Shown piece by piece: positions 11,986 through 24,839 of a stretch of 64,000 nucleotides of DNA. A program made the translations under genes and the position numbers. The notes beneath the pieces are model-generated. The model saw only the letters and a list, made by a program, of their open reading frames with translations. It made no database searches and was not told the origin of the DNA. Position 1 is the stretch's first letter, and each line of letters begins with the position of its first letter. The stretch comes from Tubiluchus corallicola (taxonomy: Eukaryota; Animalia; Priapulida): positions 62,001-126,000 of the forward strand of contig JAQGDQ010000427.1 in the NCBI GenBank assembly GCA_030141605.1. Reading direction: 5' to 3'.

Positions 11986-12794
11986 ATTTTGATTTGATTT
12001 AATTCTTTATTTCAAACACAAGTTCATATAATAATTTACATATATACAACATACAATATCATAAAATCAAACAACCAATACAGACAATTCACACACAAAC
12101 TTTGATAAACATGAAAATTACAATAATAGCCTCCACCATTGCTGTCTTATGTGCGATGTAAATTTAGCATCGCTTACTAAAATTTTCTGGCACATTAAAT
12201 TAGCACTAGTATCAAATCTTTTCATTAAACTTAAGGCAGATTTTCTATGTAATACAGCAAAATACAACACGCGAATTTCAACACTCATCTCACGAGCACT
12301 GTAATCATATGCATATCCATAAATAATCTTTCTGACAGATTGTGCGCCATTTTGAGTTTTAAGATATTACAAATATTAAAATGCCTCCAGGCGAACAAGT
12401 AACAGAATGTATTACAGTAAGCATTAAATAGATATCATTTAACATCAACAGAACAATAGCTGAATTTTCAATTTGTTGAAACAAAGAAACAAGTTGGTTT
12501 GTGCGACAGTAGTATAAGGATCTTTGATTAACAATGTCAAGGTCATCTCGGTTATCATTTGAAATAATATGTTCCAAATATTTTTCATTATCACAGGTAC
12601 GTAAAACATTATTATCTAGTTTGATGTCACCAAACATAAAATTTCTCATGATGTTTGAATTAAGAGACATAAGTTTAGTTTTAGCTACATTAATTTTTAT
12701 GTCATACGGTTCAGCATACAATTAATATACATCTAGTAGTTGCTGTAGGGCCGTAATCGTTGTTGCTAACAAACAAACATCGTCAGCGTACATC

Positions 12795-12796
<2 letters not shown>
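11986..12796 (-). mobile_element. 5'-truncated non-LTR retrotransposon (RT C-terminal half and 3' tail; RTE-X-like) inserted in a (GA)n tract
   Basis: MYADDVCLLATTITALQQLL, then INVAKTKLM, KYLEHIISNDNRDDLDIVNQR; tail ATAAAGAATTAAATCAAATCAAA; the empty site is visible at ~1040. Confidence 0.85.
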
Positions 12797-12845
<49 letters not shown>

Positions 12846-13248
12846 CCAGGAGAGAGAAAGAGAAATTTGTCAAGGTGGCAGCTTTTCAATTGATAATTAG
12901 TTGACTTTGTTTTGACATAAATTTTAAGCTCTTCGGCCATAACTTGAAAGCTACAAAAGTTATAAAGCTGCAGGTTTCACAGTACGCTGGAGCATCTCAC
13001 TGTAAAATCTCCACTTTTTGGGTCACTTGCTTCTAATATTATTATAGTCCAAGGTCCGGGACATTTTTCTTTGTGCCACATGGTATATTATTGGATCAGG
13101 AGAAATGTCATCAGATGCGAATGCATTCTCTCTGAAAGAAGTGATCAAGCGTGTAGCAAACGGCGTCTGGATAATAAAACTAAATAAATCAACCGCAGGC
13201 ACTATGCAGAATGAACACCAGTAAGGCTATAAAAAATACGCCCTTTAA

Positions 13249-13887
13249 AGGAAGACAGGATGAATTTTCATATACTACCCCATTTTCAAGAACCAAAAAT
13301 ACTGCACAATTAATTCTGCAAAGGTGTTTGGTAATTAAATAATAGATTAAAAACTTAATTAGTGGCGAGCCAGGCCAATGTTTTAAAACAAAAATTCAAA
13401 TTTACCCGGGTTTCTATTACGCGGGACCTGAAGATGTCGTCCCTTATAACGGAAAATCCTTTATATCCGAGTATCTTATATACGAAGATTTTTATAAGGA
13501 AAAACGTTACGAAAAATCGGGACCAGTGTTGGTGGACCCTTATAAGTGAACCTTATACCCGAGGTTGACTGTTCAGGGCTACTGTAAGATATTGAGTGTG
13601 TTGTACTAAAACTTGGCAAGCTTTAACATAAAAATTCAAATTTACCGCTGTGCTCTCGCATGAACTATCGAACGTGTGTAGTTCGTCACAAACTTAGACA
13701 TCTGAACTGGGAGGTACTGCACCTGTTTTTTGTGCAATGATTTTCCGGAATGCAGGGCTAGTGATTGTGTAACTAGCGAATGGCAAAATACATGTAACAG
13801 CAAAGAACTAGTGGCGCGAACTCGAAATTGTGTTTGTGTGATAATAATTCTTTTATGTATGTCATTTTAGAAAAAATAGCGTTTCCT
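13249..13887 (-). mobile_element. Non-autonomous Kolobok-like DNA element (reverse copies ~39915-40405 and ~44105-44415) with a pogo/Tc1-like MITE fragment at ~13400-13572
   Basis: Ends TTAA|AGGAAGAC...GTTTCCT|TTCA; the interior matches the 39.9 and 44.1 kb copies; the MITE end reads ACAGTCAACCTCGGGTATAAG on the minus strand. Confidence 0.5.
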
Positions 13888-14689
13888 TTCAATATTTTGA
13901 AGAGTAAATTGTTTTGACCTGCAGTCTAAGATTGGGACCAGTGTTTGCATTAAAGGAAAGTTTCTAGGAGGTCAGGCTTATTTTAATGTTCGCGAAAAAT
14001 CTTGTAATAGAACTGCAACAAGCGCTTCGTGTAATTGGTAAAATCACTTTAAAGTCGCGAGTATTTCATGCTATGCCACTCCCATTTTCAATGCCAATTC
14101 CTTTTCCAATGACGTCATCTGTCTTGAGGAAAAGCAGCGCACTGTCAATCTTCATCAAAAGTACAATATGTGGTAATGAAAATTTAGATAGCTGACTTTG
14201 TAGCATTTTCGCGTCAACATTAGGTAAGCTGCTGGAGTTTGAATTAGTTTAAGCAGCGCGTGCGTATGGAAAGCCACGCACGCTTACGAAAAATCACGAA
14301 GTGTCCCAGTTATGTCATGATTTTCAATTGAATGGCGGCAACCATTACACCTGAAAATTTCTATTCACAGGGCAGTGTATTTTAAAATTTATGCTTTATT
14401 GACAGTTTTTTTGCAAATTTCTTTGTTATATTTTTCTAAGTTTAAGTGATAACAGTAAAACAATCCAACATGATGAGTGACTTGTTCTTTCCTTTAAGCT
14501 TCTGTTATAAAATTATGTATTGATCTGGGTTGCGCTGAAAAACATTTCTTCCGCAAATGGAAATCCGAATGTAATTAATTATTCAACCTTTGCTGATTAC
14601 AAAGCAACGATAGAGCTATACTAGAGTAATTTAAAGTCATGTAAAATTACTGGTTTATATAGTAGACACATTAAGTGTAAAATAAATAC

Positions 14690-15340
14690 ATAAAAACCTA
14701 TTCATTATGTTCGCTTTGAAAACCATAATATGCTATTTAAATTTGCAAGTTCTCAATGCGGTAATTTACTAAATCGGGAAAATTTTCGACAGTTTCTCTA
14801 GTTGAGATTTTCTTTAACTTTTATTACATTAAATCAAACTTTTTAGGTTCAAAACTGCTTATACAAAATTACGAAAAACATAAATATATCGTTACAGAGT
14901 GTGGCAATAATATTAAACAGTAAAACCTACAATGACCCTCATTTTAGTAGGCCTACTGATTAGCTAACAAGAAAACCTCTACTAAAGGTTTTGGACATTA
15001 AAGGATTAATTAGTAACAAATAATTAGTTGATAGCCTATTAAAACATTTCAGGAAGCTTTAGTTTTTCTGACATAAAAGTGTCATGGAAAAGCTGATATA
15101 TTAGTTGAATCCTAGGCTACAAGTTTCTTCACTCCAAACTGATTAATAATTAACACGTGACCAACACCGCGTCTTTCCATTTCATTTTGTTTCCATAATT
15201 AGTTCAGTTAGATTGTCAGATAGAATCAAATAAGATGAATGACTCATACTTTCTGTTCCCTGTTTACTCAAACACCAACCTAATTTAACATGCTGTGCAT
15301 ATTTAATGATCTTTTTCTTTTGATTGGCTAGAGAGAAATT
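14690..15340. repeat. Module G duplication (second copy ~33850-34500)
   Basis: Colinear similarity, e.g. GTAGGCCTACTGATTAGCTAACAAGAAAACCTCTACTAAAGGTTTTGGA. Confidence 0.92.
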
Positions 15341-15344
15341 AAGA

Positions 15345-15403
<59 letters not shown>

Positions 15404-16232
15404 CATAGAGAGATAGAGAGAGTGGGAGAGAGAGAGAGAGAGAGAAAGAGAGAATCAAAATTAAATTAAATTAAATTAAATTATTTTTTAAATTAATTAT
15501 AAAAATTGAGATTTTGCTTCAAGGTCTATAGGTTTGGGTCAAGTATACTGAAAGGTGTCAATGTCATTTCATTATTAATATAAGTGTAACTATAATTCAT
15601 CTGTGCTAATATGCGACTAAATTTGATTTCCAAATTTTTTCAGTTTGATGTTACTGGAATGATAGAATGGCGCAAAGATGTGAATTATAATGCACTTGTA
15701 TTGATTGAAAACGCCCCATTCAAATAGGCAAGTTTGGCATCTGAGCATCTGATGTAAGACAAAGAGTTAATTTATTTAATCAGGTACAAGTGTTTCACCT
15801 GATAAATTGAACATCTGATGTAAGACAAAGAGTTAATGGATTAGACAGGTACAGGTGATTCACCTGATAAATTGAGCATCTGGTGTAAGACAAAGTGCGA
15901 AGGTGTTAAATGATTCACCTGATTTATAATGTTTAATTTAATGTGCCTAAAGATTTGAACATCTGTTAGAAGAGTTACAATAAGCACACCAGTGATTGAA
16001 TCGATTGATAATGTCTGATTTCATAATATAACCGAAAGTTCAAAACTGCAGAAAGACTTTGAGCTGATATTAAAAAAAGCGGTCTGCATCTTAATAAAAG
16101 GCTAGATATTTGCAAGCCAAGAGAATAATTTTGGTCTCTAGACAAACGTATATAAATCATTTTTATAGCTTATTAAGTCTTATTGTTATAATGATATTAA
16201 ATGATGAAGATAATATTGTTAAAGGGGCACCT

Positions 16233-16579
16233 GTTGTCGTGTCTGGTATAGCGCGCTCTGTACGCCCTGCTTCCACTTTAGCAGCGACTCGCCTCTTCGT
16301 TGTACATCCAGACGTCTTGTTTGGGCCTACACGTGGTGTGAGAAGTCAGCTGACCTGGAATGGCAGTACGGAAGCGTGTGGCGGTCACTACAACCTTGGA
16401 TTTCTGACACAGATGCTCCTTGGTCTAGTATATATGTGTGCCATGTTAATTATTTAAGTTAGTTGTTTTGTGTATTTTGTTCCCCCTTTTTTGTTACTAG
16501 TCATGGAAATAAAACTTGTTTTAGAGTCATTGTAGTGTTCTATTATGTGACGTTTGTGTGTGCTAGATGACTTGCTACA
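16233..16579 (+). mobile_element. Possible solo LTR (~347 bp); 3' part repeated at ~28895-28966
   Basis: Begins TGTTG, ends CTACA, AATAAA ~70 bp before the end, more GC-rich than the flanks; no TSD found. Confidence 0.35.
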
Positions 16580-16826
16580 AAAGGTATATGCAGTTAGTTT
16601 ATAAACAATTCATTACTAATTACGATAGCATTTGTAATTAAGAGATATTCATTATTTAAGTAATTAATTACATTAAAGAACAACTATACAAAATGGCTCA
16701 TCATAATGCGGAATTTAAAGGCCGCCATGCTATCCTGGAATTCGAACCTCTGACTGACACCTCTCTCCTCCCTTGCTCGATTTTTTTACTAAAGTCTTTG
16801 ACAGATGAATAAGAGAAGTGATTTAA

Positions 16827-17060
16827 AGGAGGAATATCACGAAAATCAAGTTAAATTTATTTTATAACTGAATTACCGGACAGTAATTTGGCGTAAAAAG
16901 GTTTGCGCTGCGTTGCTTAATTAATTAGTAATTAGCTTATTTGTATCAGCGGGAAAAACCATGGAGCGCTGTTTGCGCATCTACCGGCACGCAGCGCAGC
17001 TACGTCACAGCCAGTATGGCGGTAGCGCGATACATTACAAATTAAAATGGCGGAGTTGTT
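16827..17060 (+). mobile_element. Kolobok-like terminal sequence (further copies at 28417, 29214, 38381; reverse copy ending 43339)
   Basis: TTAA|AGGAGGAATATCACGAAAATCAAG terminus; conserved GCGCAGCTACGTCACAGCCAGTATGGCGG subterminal motif. Confidence 0.6.
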
Positions 17061-17853
17061 GGATACATACTGTATACAATCATTTAATACTGTAGGGCGC
17101 CATGCTCTAAATTTAGCGCACTACGCATGGCTTCTTCAGGTCTGCTTATTCATTACCTATTTGGCTTCTGCTAAATACTTAATTAATGTATAATGTTCTA
17201 TACTGTAGGCTCTGCCTATATTAAAAGTTTTAATAAAGTTGTTTTTTAGCTATAACTGATTTTAAGTGCCTATAATAATTATTGACTTTAATTGGGCATT
17301 AACTTTTTCTCCATATTAGTTGAAACACGTTTAAGTAAAGCTAAGGCCCATTTCACACTGGGTGCGCCAAGGAAATGTGGAATTGGTGTCAGGAAATTAG
17401 AAAATTTCCAGAGCATTTTCGAGCACATTCGCGAAAACCCAAGCAACAAGAAAGTTCATTTCACACAGAAACCGCGTGATTTTGACGCATGTCCAGCGGT
17501 CAAATTACTTGCAATTTTAGTGAATTAGCAAAACAATAGAGCAGCATTGTATGTTGAGAGGAGGCAGGTGAGAGACTATCTGGAGAAATTCTACAGTTAC
17601 GTTACAACCATAGGACACTTTCATGCGTTATTTGTTTTCCTGCAGGACTCGATTATAAGAAAAAAATAAACTTTAAAGCATGAGATTTGGAGTGCAAGTA
17701 TTCATATTATATAAATCTTCACTGCATAAGTTATACATATTACTGGCTTCAGTCAGCAGATGAGTGTGTTGGTAAAATCTTTCCAGTAGACCTAACCAGA
17801 TCTTATTTTAAACTGAAGTAATTCTTAACGCAGATTTTTTAAATGCACCTGTC

Positions 17854-18675
17854 AATTTTAGCGCATTTTACACGAGGATTTCTACAAAAAAGCCTTTATT
17901 TCATGTTAATGGTTAAAGAAAGGGTAAACAGGCAGTATTGCGGGAAATGCGGGAATTTTTAGCGCAAAATTTTAGCGCAATTTACACGAGGCTTTCTAGA
18001 AAAAAAGCCTTTGTTTCATGTTAATGGTTTAAGAAAGGGTAAACAGGCAGTATTGCCGGAAATGCGGGAAAATTTTATCGCGAAAATTTTGCGCATTTTA
18101 CACGAGGCTTTCTAGAAAAAAACATTTGTTTCATGTTAATGGTTTAAGAAAGTGTAAACAGGCAGTATTGCAGGAAATGCGGGAAAATTTTAGCGCGAAA
18201 TTTTAGCACATTTTACACGAGGCTTTCTAGAAAAAAGCCTTTGTTTCATGTTAATGGTTTAAGAAAGGGTAAACAGGCAGTATTGGGGGAAATGCGGGAA
18301 AATTTTAGCGCTTTTTACACAAGGATTTCTAGAAAAAAGCCTTTGTTTCATGTTAGAGGTTTAAGAAAGGGTAAACAGGCAATATTGCGGGAAATGCGGA
18401 AAAATTTTAGCGCATTTTACACGAGGATTTCTAGAAAAAAAAGCCTTTGTTTCATGTTAATGGTTTAAGAAAGGGTAAGCAGGCAGTATTGCGGGAAATG
18501 CGGGAAAATCTTAGCGCGAAATTTTAGCGCATTTTACACGAGGATTTTTAGAAAAAAGCCTTTGTTTCATGTTAATGGTTTAAGAAAGGGTAAACAGGCA
18601 GTATTGCGGGAAATGCGGGAAAATTTTAGCGCGAAATTTTAGCGCATTTTACACGAGGCTTTCTAGAAAAAAACC
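17854..18675. repeat. 102/115-bp satellite array 2 (~7-8 monomers)
   Basis: Same unit as array 1. Confidence 0.97.
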
Positions 18676-19384
18676 TTGGTAATTTAAAATGTTCGGGCCA
18701 ACTGGTAAAACTTCATTCTACCACTCTGCCAGTTTGAGTCACTGATGAACGAAAAACGTGTTTTAACCTTATTGGCAAGATACTGTAATTTATGTTTTTG
18801 CTTAGTAGGTGAAGAGTGCGCTGCAAATGCTCTGATTATTTCATCTAAACTTATTACAAACAATCTGCTGTCAAAATGGCAAAAGGCCCGTTTTGACTAG
18901 CGTTTTTGTCGGCAAAATCGCCGCGAAAACGCTCGTCAAAACGTCTAACGCTACACGCGAGAAAAAAGCTATTGCAAAAGACACTAGTGAGAAAACGCTG
19001 TCTCGCTGGAGCAATAAAATCGATATGGTTGGCGTCGTCATCCTGTCTTCAGTCCTTCCTAATAAATCTCCCACCTTTCTGTATTTTCTGCCTTCAAAAT
19101 TACAAACGTCAAAAGGACATTAATTTAAAAGAAAATGTAGAACAACGCAACATTCGCGAAACACACCTTATTGAAGCAAGGCTTATTATATTTCTTGGAA
19201 TTTGCTCAGTTAGGCTAATACTCTTAGTACACATCTAATATGTAACCAAAATTTCTTCACACGCCTCATCAACAGTATATTCATCACCAAATTTCGACGA
19301 AGAAGTTGCAGCCAAAAATTATTACTTCCAACTTTTACGATCAGCAACAGAATAAGGAGGAAAGAAGACCTTGAACTTTGTTAA

Positions 19385-19830
19385 TGCGCATAGCGTTCAT
19401 GAACACATTGAAACAGTCAACGCGCATCACGCACAGCGTTCACGGACACATTGAAACAGTCAATACGCATCACGCATAGCGTTCACGGACACATTGAAAC
19501 AGTCAATACGCATCACGCATAGCGTTCACGGACACATTGAAATAGTCAATACGCATCACGCATAGCGTTCACGGACACATTGAAATAGTCACTGCGCATC
19601 ACGCATAGCGTTCACGGACACATTGAAACAGTCAATACGCATCACGCATAGCGTTCACGGACACATTGAAATAGTCAATACGCATCACGCACTGCGCGCA
19701 CATTCAAACAGTCAATACGCATCACGTTTAGCATTCACGAACACATTGAAACAGTCAATACGCATCACGCACTGCGCGCACATTGAAACAGTCAATACGC
19801 ATAACACAGTTTGTGCAAATTGAAACAATC
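19385..19830. repeat. 43-bp minisatellite (~10 units)
   Basis: CGCATCACGCATAGCGTTCACGGACACATTGAAACAGTCAATA; CACGGACAC at 19441 and 19484; a lone related unit lies near 10660-10710. Confidence 0.95.
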
Positions 19831-21746
19831 AATCTGTTTTCGTTAATACATAGTTTATTTTTTTATAAATGTGAAGCTCAAAGCAGCCTTTAGCAGAATA
19901 ATTTCAAGACATGTTGTTATCATCCTTATTATTATTATAATTCTTTATTAAAAACAAATATGTACAAGAAGTGTGCCTCTGTTTGCAGGGAGTTGTTTTA
20001 CATGTAAATAAAATTTAAATATATTAAGACATATCACAGATATAGAGTTACAAAAATTAAAGGTTGACTGATAAATGTTAGACAACCGCACACGACATTA
20101 ATATAAAATTAAGCGAAGCTGATTGGTACACATCACTAATGAAGAATACATTTACAATGTTAATTATACAGTTTCTGTAGGCCTAATTTGGTTGACGGAA
20201 ATTTCAATGCATCTACCGAATTACGTGGAGAATAGATTGACAGACACTAAAACAGACATACGAGTAAGTTGGACAAATTTGGCTTATATACATAATTAGT
20301 TCAGAGCCTCTTTTCAGTTTCATTTGTAATAAAATGGTAATTTAATCATCTTTAGTTAGATACGCATTTCATTTCACAGATACTGAATTTTATGGAATAT
20401 AGGAGACATCTTACATATTTCACCGACGCAATGCCAGATAGAATTAAGCCTGTATTTGTATCATAGAGACGACACGAATATACAACTTATATATTCACTG
20501 ACGCATTGATAGATGGATTTAAGCTTGTATCATTGAGACACTACCATACAACGATTACAGAATTAATACAAGACAATTACAAGGTCAAAGATGAGATGAA
20601 ATTGTCATTAATTGAATTAGCAAAAACAGCAGCAGAACTATTATTTCTACTAGAAAAAAAACATAATCTGCATCTAAAGTTGGCAAAGTCTCTATAAAAT
20701 CATTCCTTAATCTTTAATGACATGTTAAATGTTTTGTTCACTGATTTTACACAGTAGACTCAATGCTACAGGCCAACAAATCTCTAATCACAGTAAAGTA
20801 GTTGCTGAAAACTTGCCAAACAGTTTCGGTAGGAGGATGTACTATCTGTGCACACTAATTTGATTTATAGGTGCGTAAAGTTGTAGCGTAAAGTAATGGT
20901 TTAATAAATGTGGTTTATTTTACAGTTAAAAGAAATATTTGCAATGTACTATCCTTAGTCATTAATTATCATTTGTCATAATGTTTTAGTTCTTCTCTTT
21001 GTATTATTTTCTACAGCTAAGAACGAAATGTAAATATTACAACAACACTAAATTAAATTCACGGTTTCTTTCTAGCTAAGCGAAGCGAACTTCCAGGCTA
21101 ATGTTCGCTTTACTTTTGCTATCTTTCAGCTACCTTTACGTAAAACAAAATTATAAATTTCATTCTGATCGCTCCAGAAATAGAAAGTCACAAAACCACC
21201 ATGAGTTTTCGACAAATAGTTTCAATAGTCTGACAAGAAAATAGGCTTATGTGTATGTATAATAAATATAAGCTTAAATTTGACTTATAGACGTCTCCCA
21301 AAAAATATTGTGGGTTGTAGAAAGCTCAAGAAAATTTTGTAAAGCTGTAATTTTTTCCTGATTTGGGAAGGCTACCTGAATTTTGTCCTTTTATCATCAG
21401 TGTAACTGAGGTCAAAATCTGTGAGAGGGAAATTTTCTTTTTGGGCCTGTTGTACTTTTATCTCAGGTACAGTAAAAGTGCAATAATGTAAGAAAGTTCT
21501 ATGACAACGTCATAAACTAATACACCTTGACCAGAGGCCACCTAAATTTTAAAGCTCTACTCTTTAGCCTGACATTTCTCATGTCACCGACTTACATTGG
21601 TAGCAGAAAATTGTCACTCATATAATCTCAAAATTTGTGGGTAGACATCGATTTTGTGTAGCAGGAAAAAACTAATATTCTTTTGAAAAATTTTGTTCCA
21701 TCACGTGCAGTATTATTATTTACACGTACTCTTTCTGCTGGCAGAG

Positions 21747-22684
21747 TTAACTGTTTTTTCTGCAAAATAGTATTGAGGAAAACTGTACTTGAAAGCTTCA
21801 TACTCATCCTCGTATCACTTATAAGCTTCTTTCATTAACAGAGTCAGGTATTTTAGAGTAAAATGATTTTGCCACAATTTCAGATCGACCAACCTGCTTG
21901 CTGTGCTTCTTTTTAGACAGAGAGTCACTAGTATTGTTAAAAAACAACTGTAGCACGAAACGATATTCTTCCTCCATATGTTCATATTTGCCAACGAAAT
22001 CGTAAGGTATAGTGCAAACGTACACGACACGTGACAGGTATCTAGGAGGCTATTAAAGTGTACGTCTTTTTTGTATAATTTCAGGTTGCTACCATTTGGA
22101 AAGTTTCTTTCGTCATCAACCAAATATTGCAAAAACTCATGGAAAGTAGAATACGTTCCTTTTTTGTCGGACTTCGAATAACGTTCACTTAAAGTTTTGC
22201 TCAGTGAATTATATTTTTCACTGTCGCCAGTTAGTTTATCTCGCCAAGCTGACAAAATTCTTACAAACGGTTCACGAACGAAGAAGAACTTCTTATAATC
22301 AGCGAATACATTTGCCAGTTTTTCTTTAAGCTCAGTTTCGTAGATCCGGTAAAAATGTTTCTTCACATCTGGGGGCTTAGTTGCCGGACGTTTTGTTGAT
22401 AATTGCGAAAGAATAGTTTTCTAAATGAAGCTTTGCCAGTTCAAACATCCTACTTTCAGAGAACTGCACCACAGCACTCTGTCTGCTGTGTTGTTGAACG
22501 TTGTTTCTGTGCAGTACTGGTCAATATGTTTGATTCGAGCCACATTTTCTTGCTTGACCAATTCAATGCCTCCCTTTAAAGTTTGCTTTGTAGGGCTGTC
22601 AGTGTTCCCATAATCTGCAAAAAACAGAACCAAATTTACAATGCAAGCCAACATTGAAATACCGCAAAATCTGAAAAGCATCAA
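21747..22684 (-). pseudogene. Intronless carbohydrate sulfotransferase pseudogene (Sulfotransfer_2 family, CHST8-14/HNK-1ST-like)
   Basis: N-terminal hydrophobic anchor; 5'PSB-like WCSSLKVGCLNW; 3'PB FVREPFVRILSAWRDKL; TFHEFLQYL; CHVCTIPYDFVGKYE; C-terminal YEDEYEAFKYSFP. Lesions: TAG at 22421-22423, 11-bp insertion ~22020-22031, +1 bp ~21835, TGA at 21815-21817. Confidence 0.85.
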
Positions 22685-24839
22685 TCAGTGATGTAAACAG
22701 TTTAGTCTGATGATTAGTTCAAGATTTTTTAAGTAAAGACATGATTCCACTGTTTCCCTCATTTCTGCCAAAACGATTATCCACAATCTAAAGTAATTTT
22801 GCGAAAATCCGCCTATAACTTATATAAATGAATTTTTTTCTAGAATTAGTAATTTTTTTAGGAATATTTTGGTTAGTTCTGACGTAACACTGAATACGTT
22901 CATTAAATATGACGACAACGACAACGCATCTACAGCACCAATACCAACAGCACAGCATCACAGTGAAACCATTCAAAACATTTTGCACAAAGTCGAAACT
23001 GTGTGCTGTTATAAATGCTCTTAGTCTGATTACCAATCATCAATAATGCGCGGACATTCCACATAACTTACTTACATGAAAAATCTATAACACAGTAGAA
23101 CGGCGGGTGATAACAATGCCTGGAACAGCTATAGTAGCTGTTGGTTCATCAAGTTCTACGCTTTTTTAGAATAAATGACCGTTAGCAAGATAATGAAGAC
23201 TTTGAATTTTGTTTTAGTAATTCCGTCAACTACGTTAATCCACTAGTTGACAATGTTTCTGACGTGGTCAGAAACTGAAGATTTTGCAGACAATAGTTAC
23301 TGATTTGGCCCTGTAAAGATGCTAGCCTTTTGTTTGAAAATTATAATTTAGATTTTATTAAATTTTTGCTTGATTACATAAGACCTGAGCTTCACAACGA
23401 AATCACAACCTTCAACTTTTTAACCCATTACCCGGGGGTCAGAGGTCAATCAATCGCGGCACAACTTACACCATTCAATTTGTTTCGTCAAGGCTCTTCA
23501 TTTGATGTATTACAAGCTAGTTCCGGCTGACAATGGAAGGCATTTCTTCCTTCGACCAGTATTTTGCCCCTAGTGGGGTCACTGGTTAACTATTCTCATT
23601 GTAAACTTTGCCATTCGACTCGCCTCTTCGAGACCTTTCATTTCATATCCTACACGGTACTATTCCTAGACATTTGATGCCCTTCTGTTCCCAAAACCGA
23701 TTTTTCCACCTCCCACCGACCCATATCCTACCCAGTACAACAACTTGGTCCCACTAAGCAACATACCAAATATAGTGGTTCTAGTTCAAAAATGATGTGA
23801 CAGACGGATCCTAAAGAAAAATAAATGAAGACCCGCCTGCTCCGTGACCTTTAACCCGGTACCTCGGGTGACAGATAACTTTGCCCAGAGAGTGTACCCT
23901 GTAGCCCTCTGCATGTAAAAGGTCAGCAATTGGGGATACCAAATTTTGCATTTTGGCCTCCCTCGGGCATTTAAAACTTGTCATCTTTTTAAAACCCCAG
24001 GTGCACATCTATTCCAATAGACAGTACCCCAATACTCCAATCCACAGTACCCCAATACTTGTGAAAAAATGGAAAATTGACAGACGCCCACTGCCCTTCC
24101 GCTTTGACCAGTGGTCACTAGTCACCACACTGTTGTTCGCCGCCCGACCAGGGCTACCAACCCTGTGAGTTTGGTGACCCTCTTTTGCAAGGCTTACGAA
24201 TTATTAAGCATTAAATTTGCGGAGAATATGCAATAATAACTCAATGAAAAACAGTTCGATTTTGCTGCATCTTAATAAATAAATACCTGGATGAAAGACA
24301 AAAAAATCATAATTACAGGTGTTAATCTAGAACTAGAGACAGGCTTCACAGCAACCATTATTTGAAAGTTGGTAGAGGCTAAACATGCAAGTCAGCGAGC
24401 AGAACCTTTAAAAAACTCGCAATAGATGGCAGCAGGTTGCAACAACTACACAAGTAGCAAACTATTACAAACGCAAGCGCTACAGATTAATACATGTACG
24501 AAACCACTACACTATAAGATTAATCAAGATCGCGTCGACAAAGTAAATGGCGGATCGAACTTACGGTTTTCTTTTAATCCGAGTAGATAATCCATCAGGA
24601 TGGTCAACTCTAGAATAAATATACAAATCTTTCATTACATCAGTGTAATAAAATCTGATGAATAAATAACCGCTTAATGCAGAAGTCAAGTATGAAACTG
24701 GTGAAAAAAGAAGTTAATAGTTCTAGCAAGTATCACTTCACCATTCACATTTTGTCTGAAAAAGTAATGTCGATTAGATAGATTACTGAATAAGCATATT
24801 ATAATACCCTCCCCTTTCTCGATTTTAATAGCAAAGCTC

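Noticed and set aside
18740-18765. CTGATGA-AC-GAAA as a second hammerhead
   Set aside because: There is no room for stem II and no valid stem III or cleavage triplet
21815-21817. In-frame TGA as selenocysteine or readthrough in the sulfotransferase (also the TGA at 42362 in THAP)
   Set aside because: Both genes carry additional lesions (TAG and/or frameshifts); simple nonsense mutation such as CGA>TGA is sufficient and no SECIS was recognised
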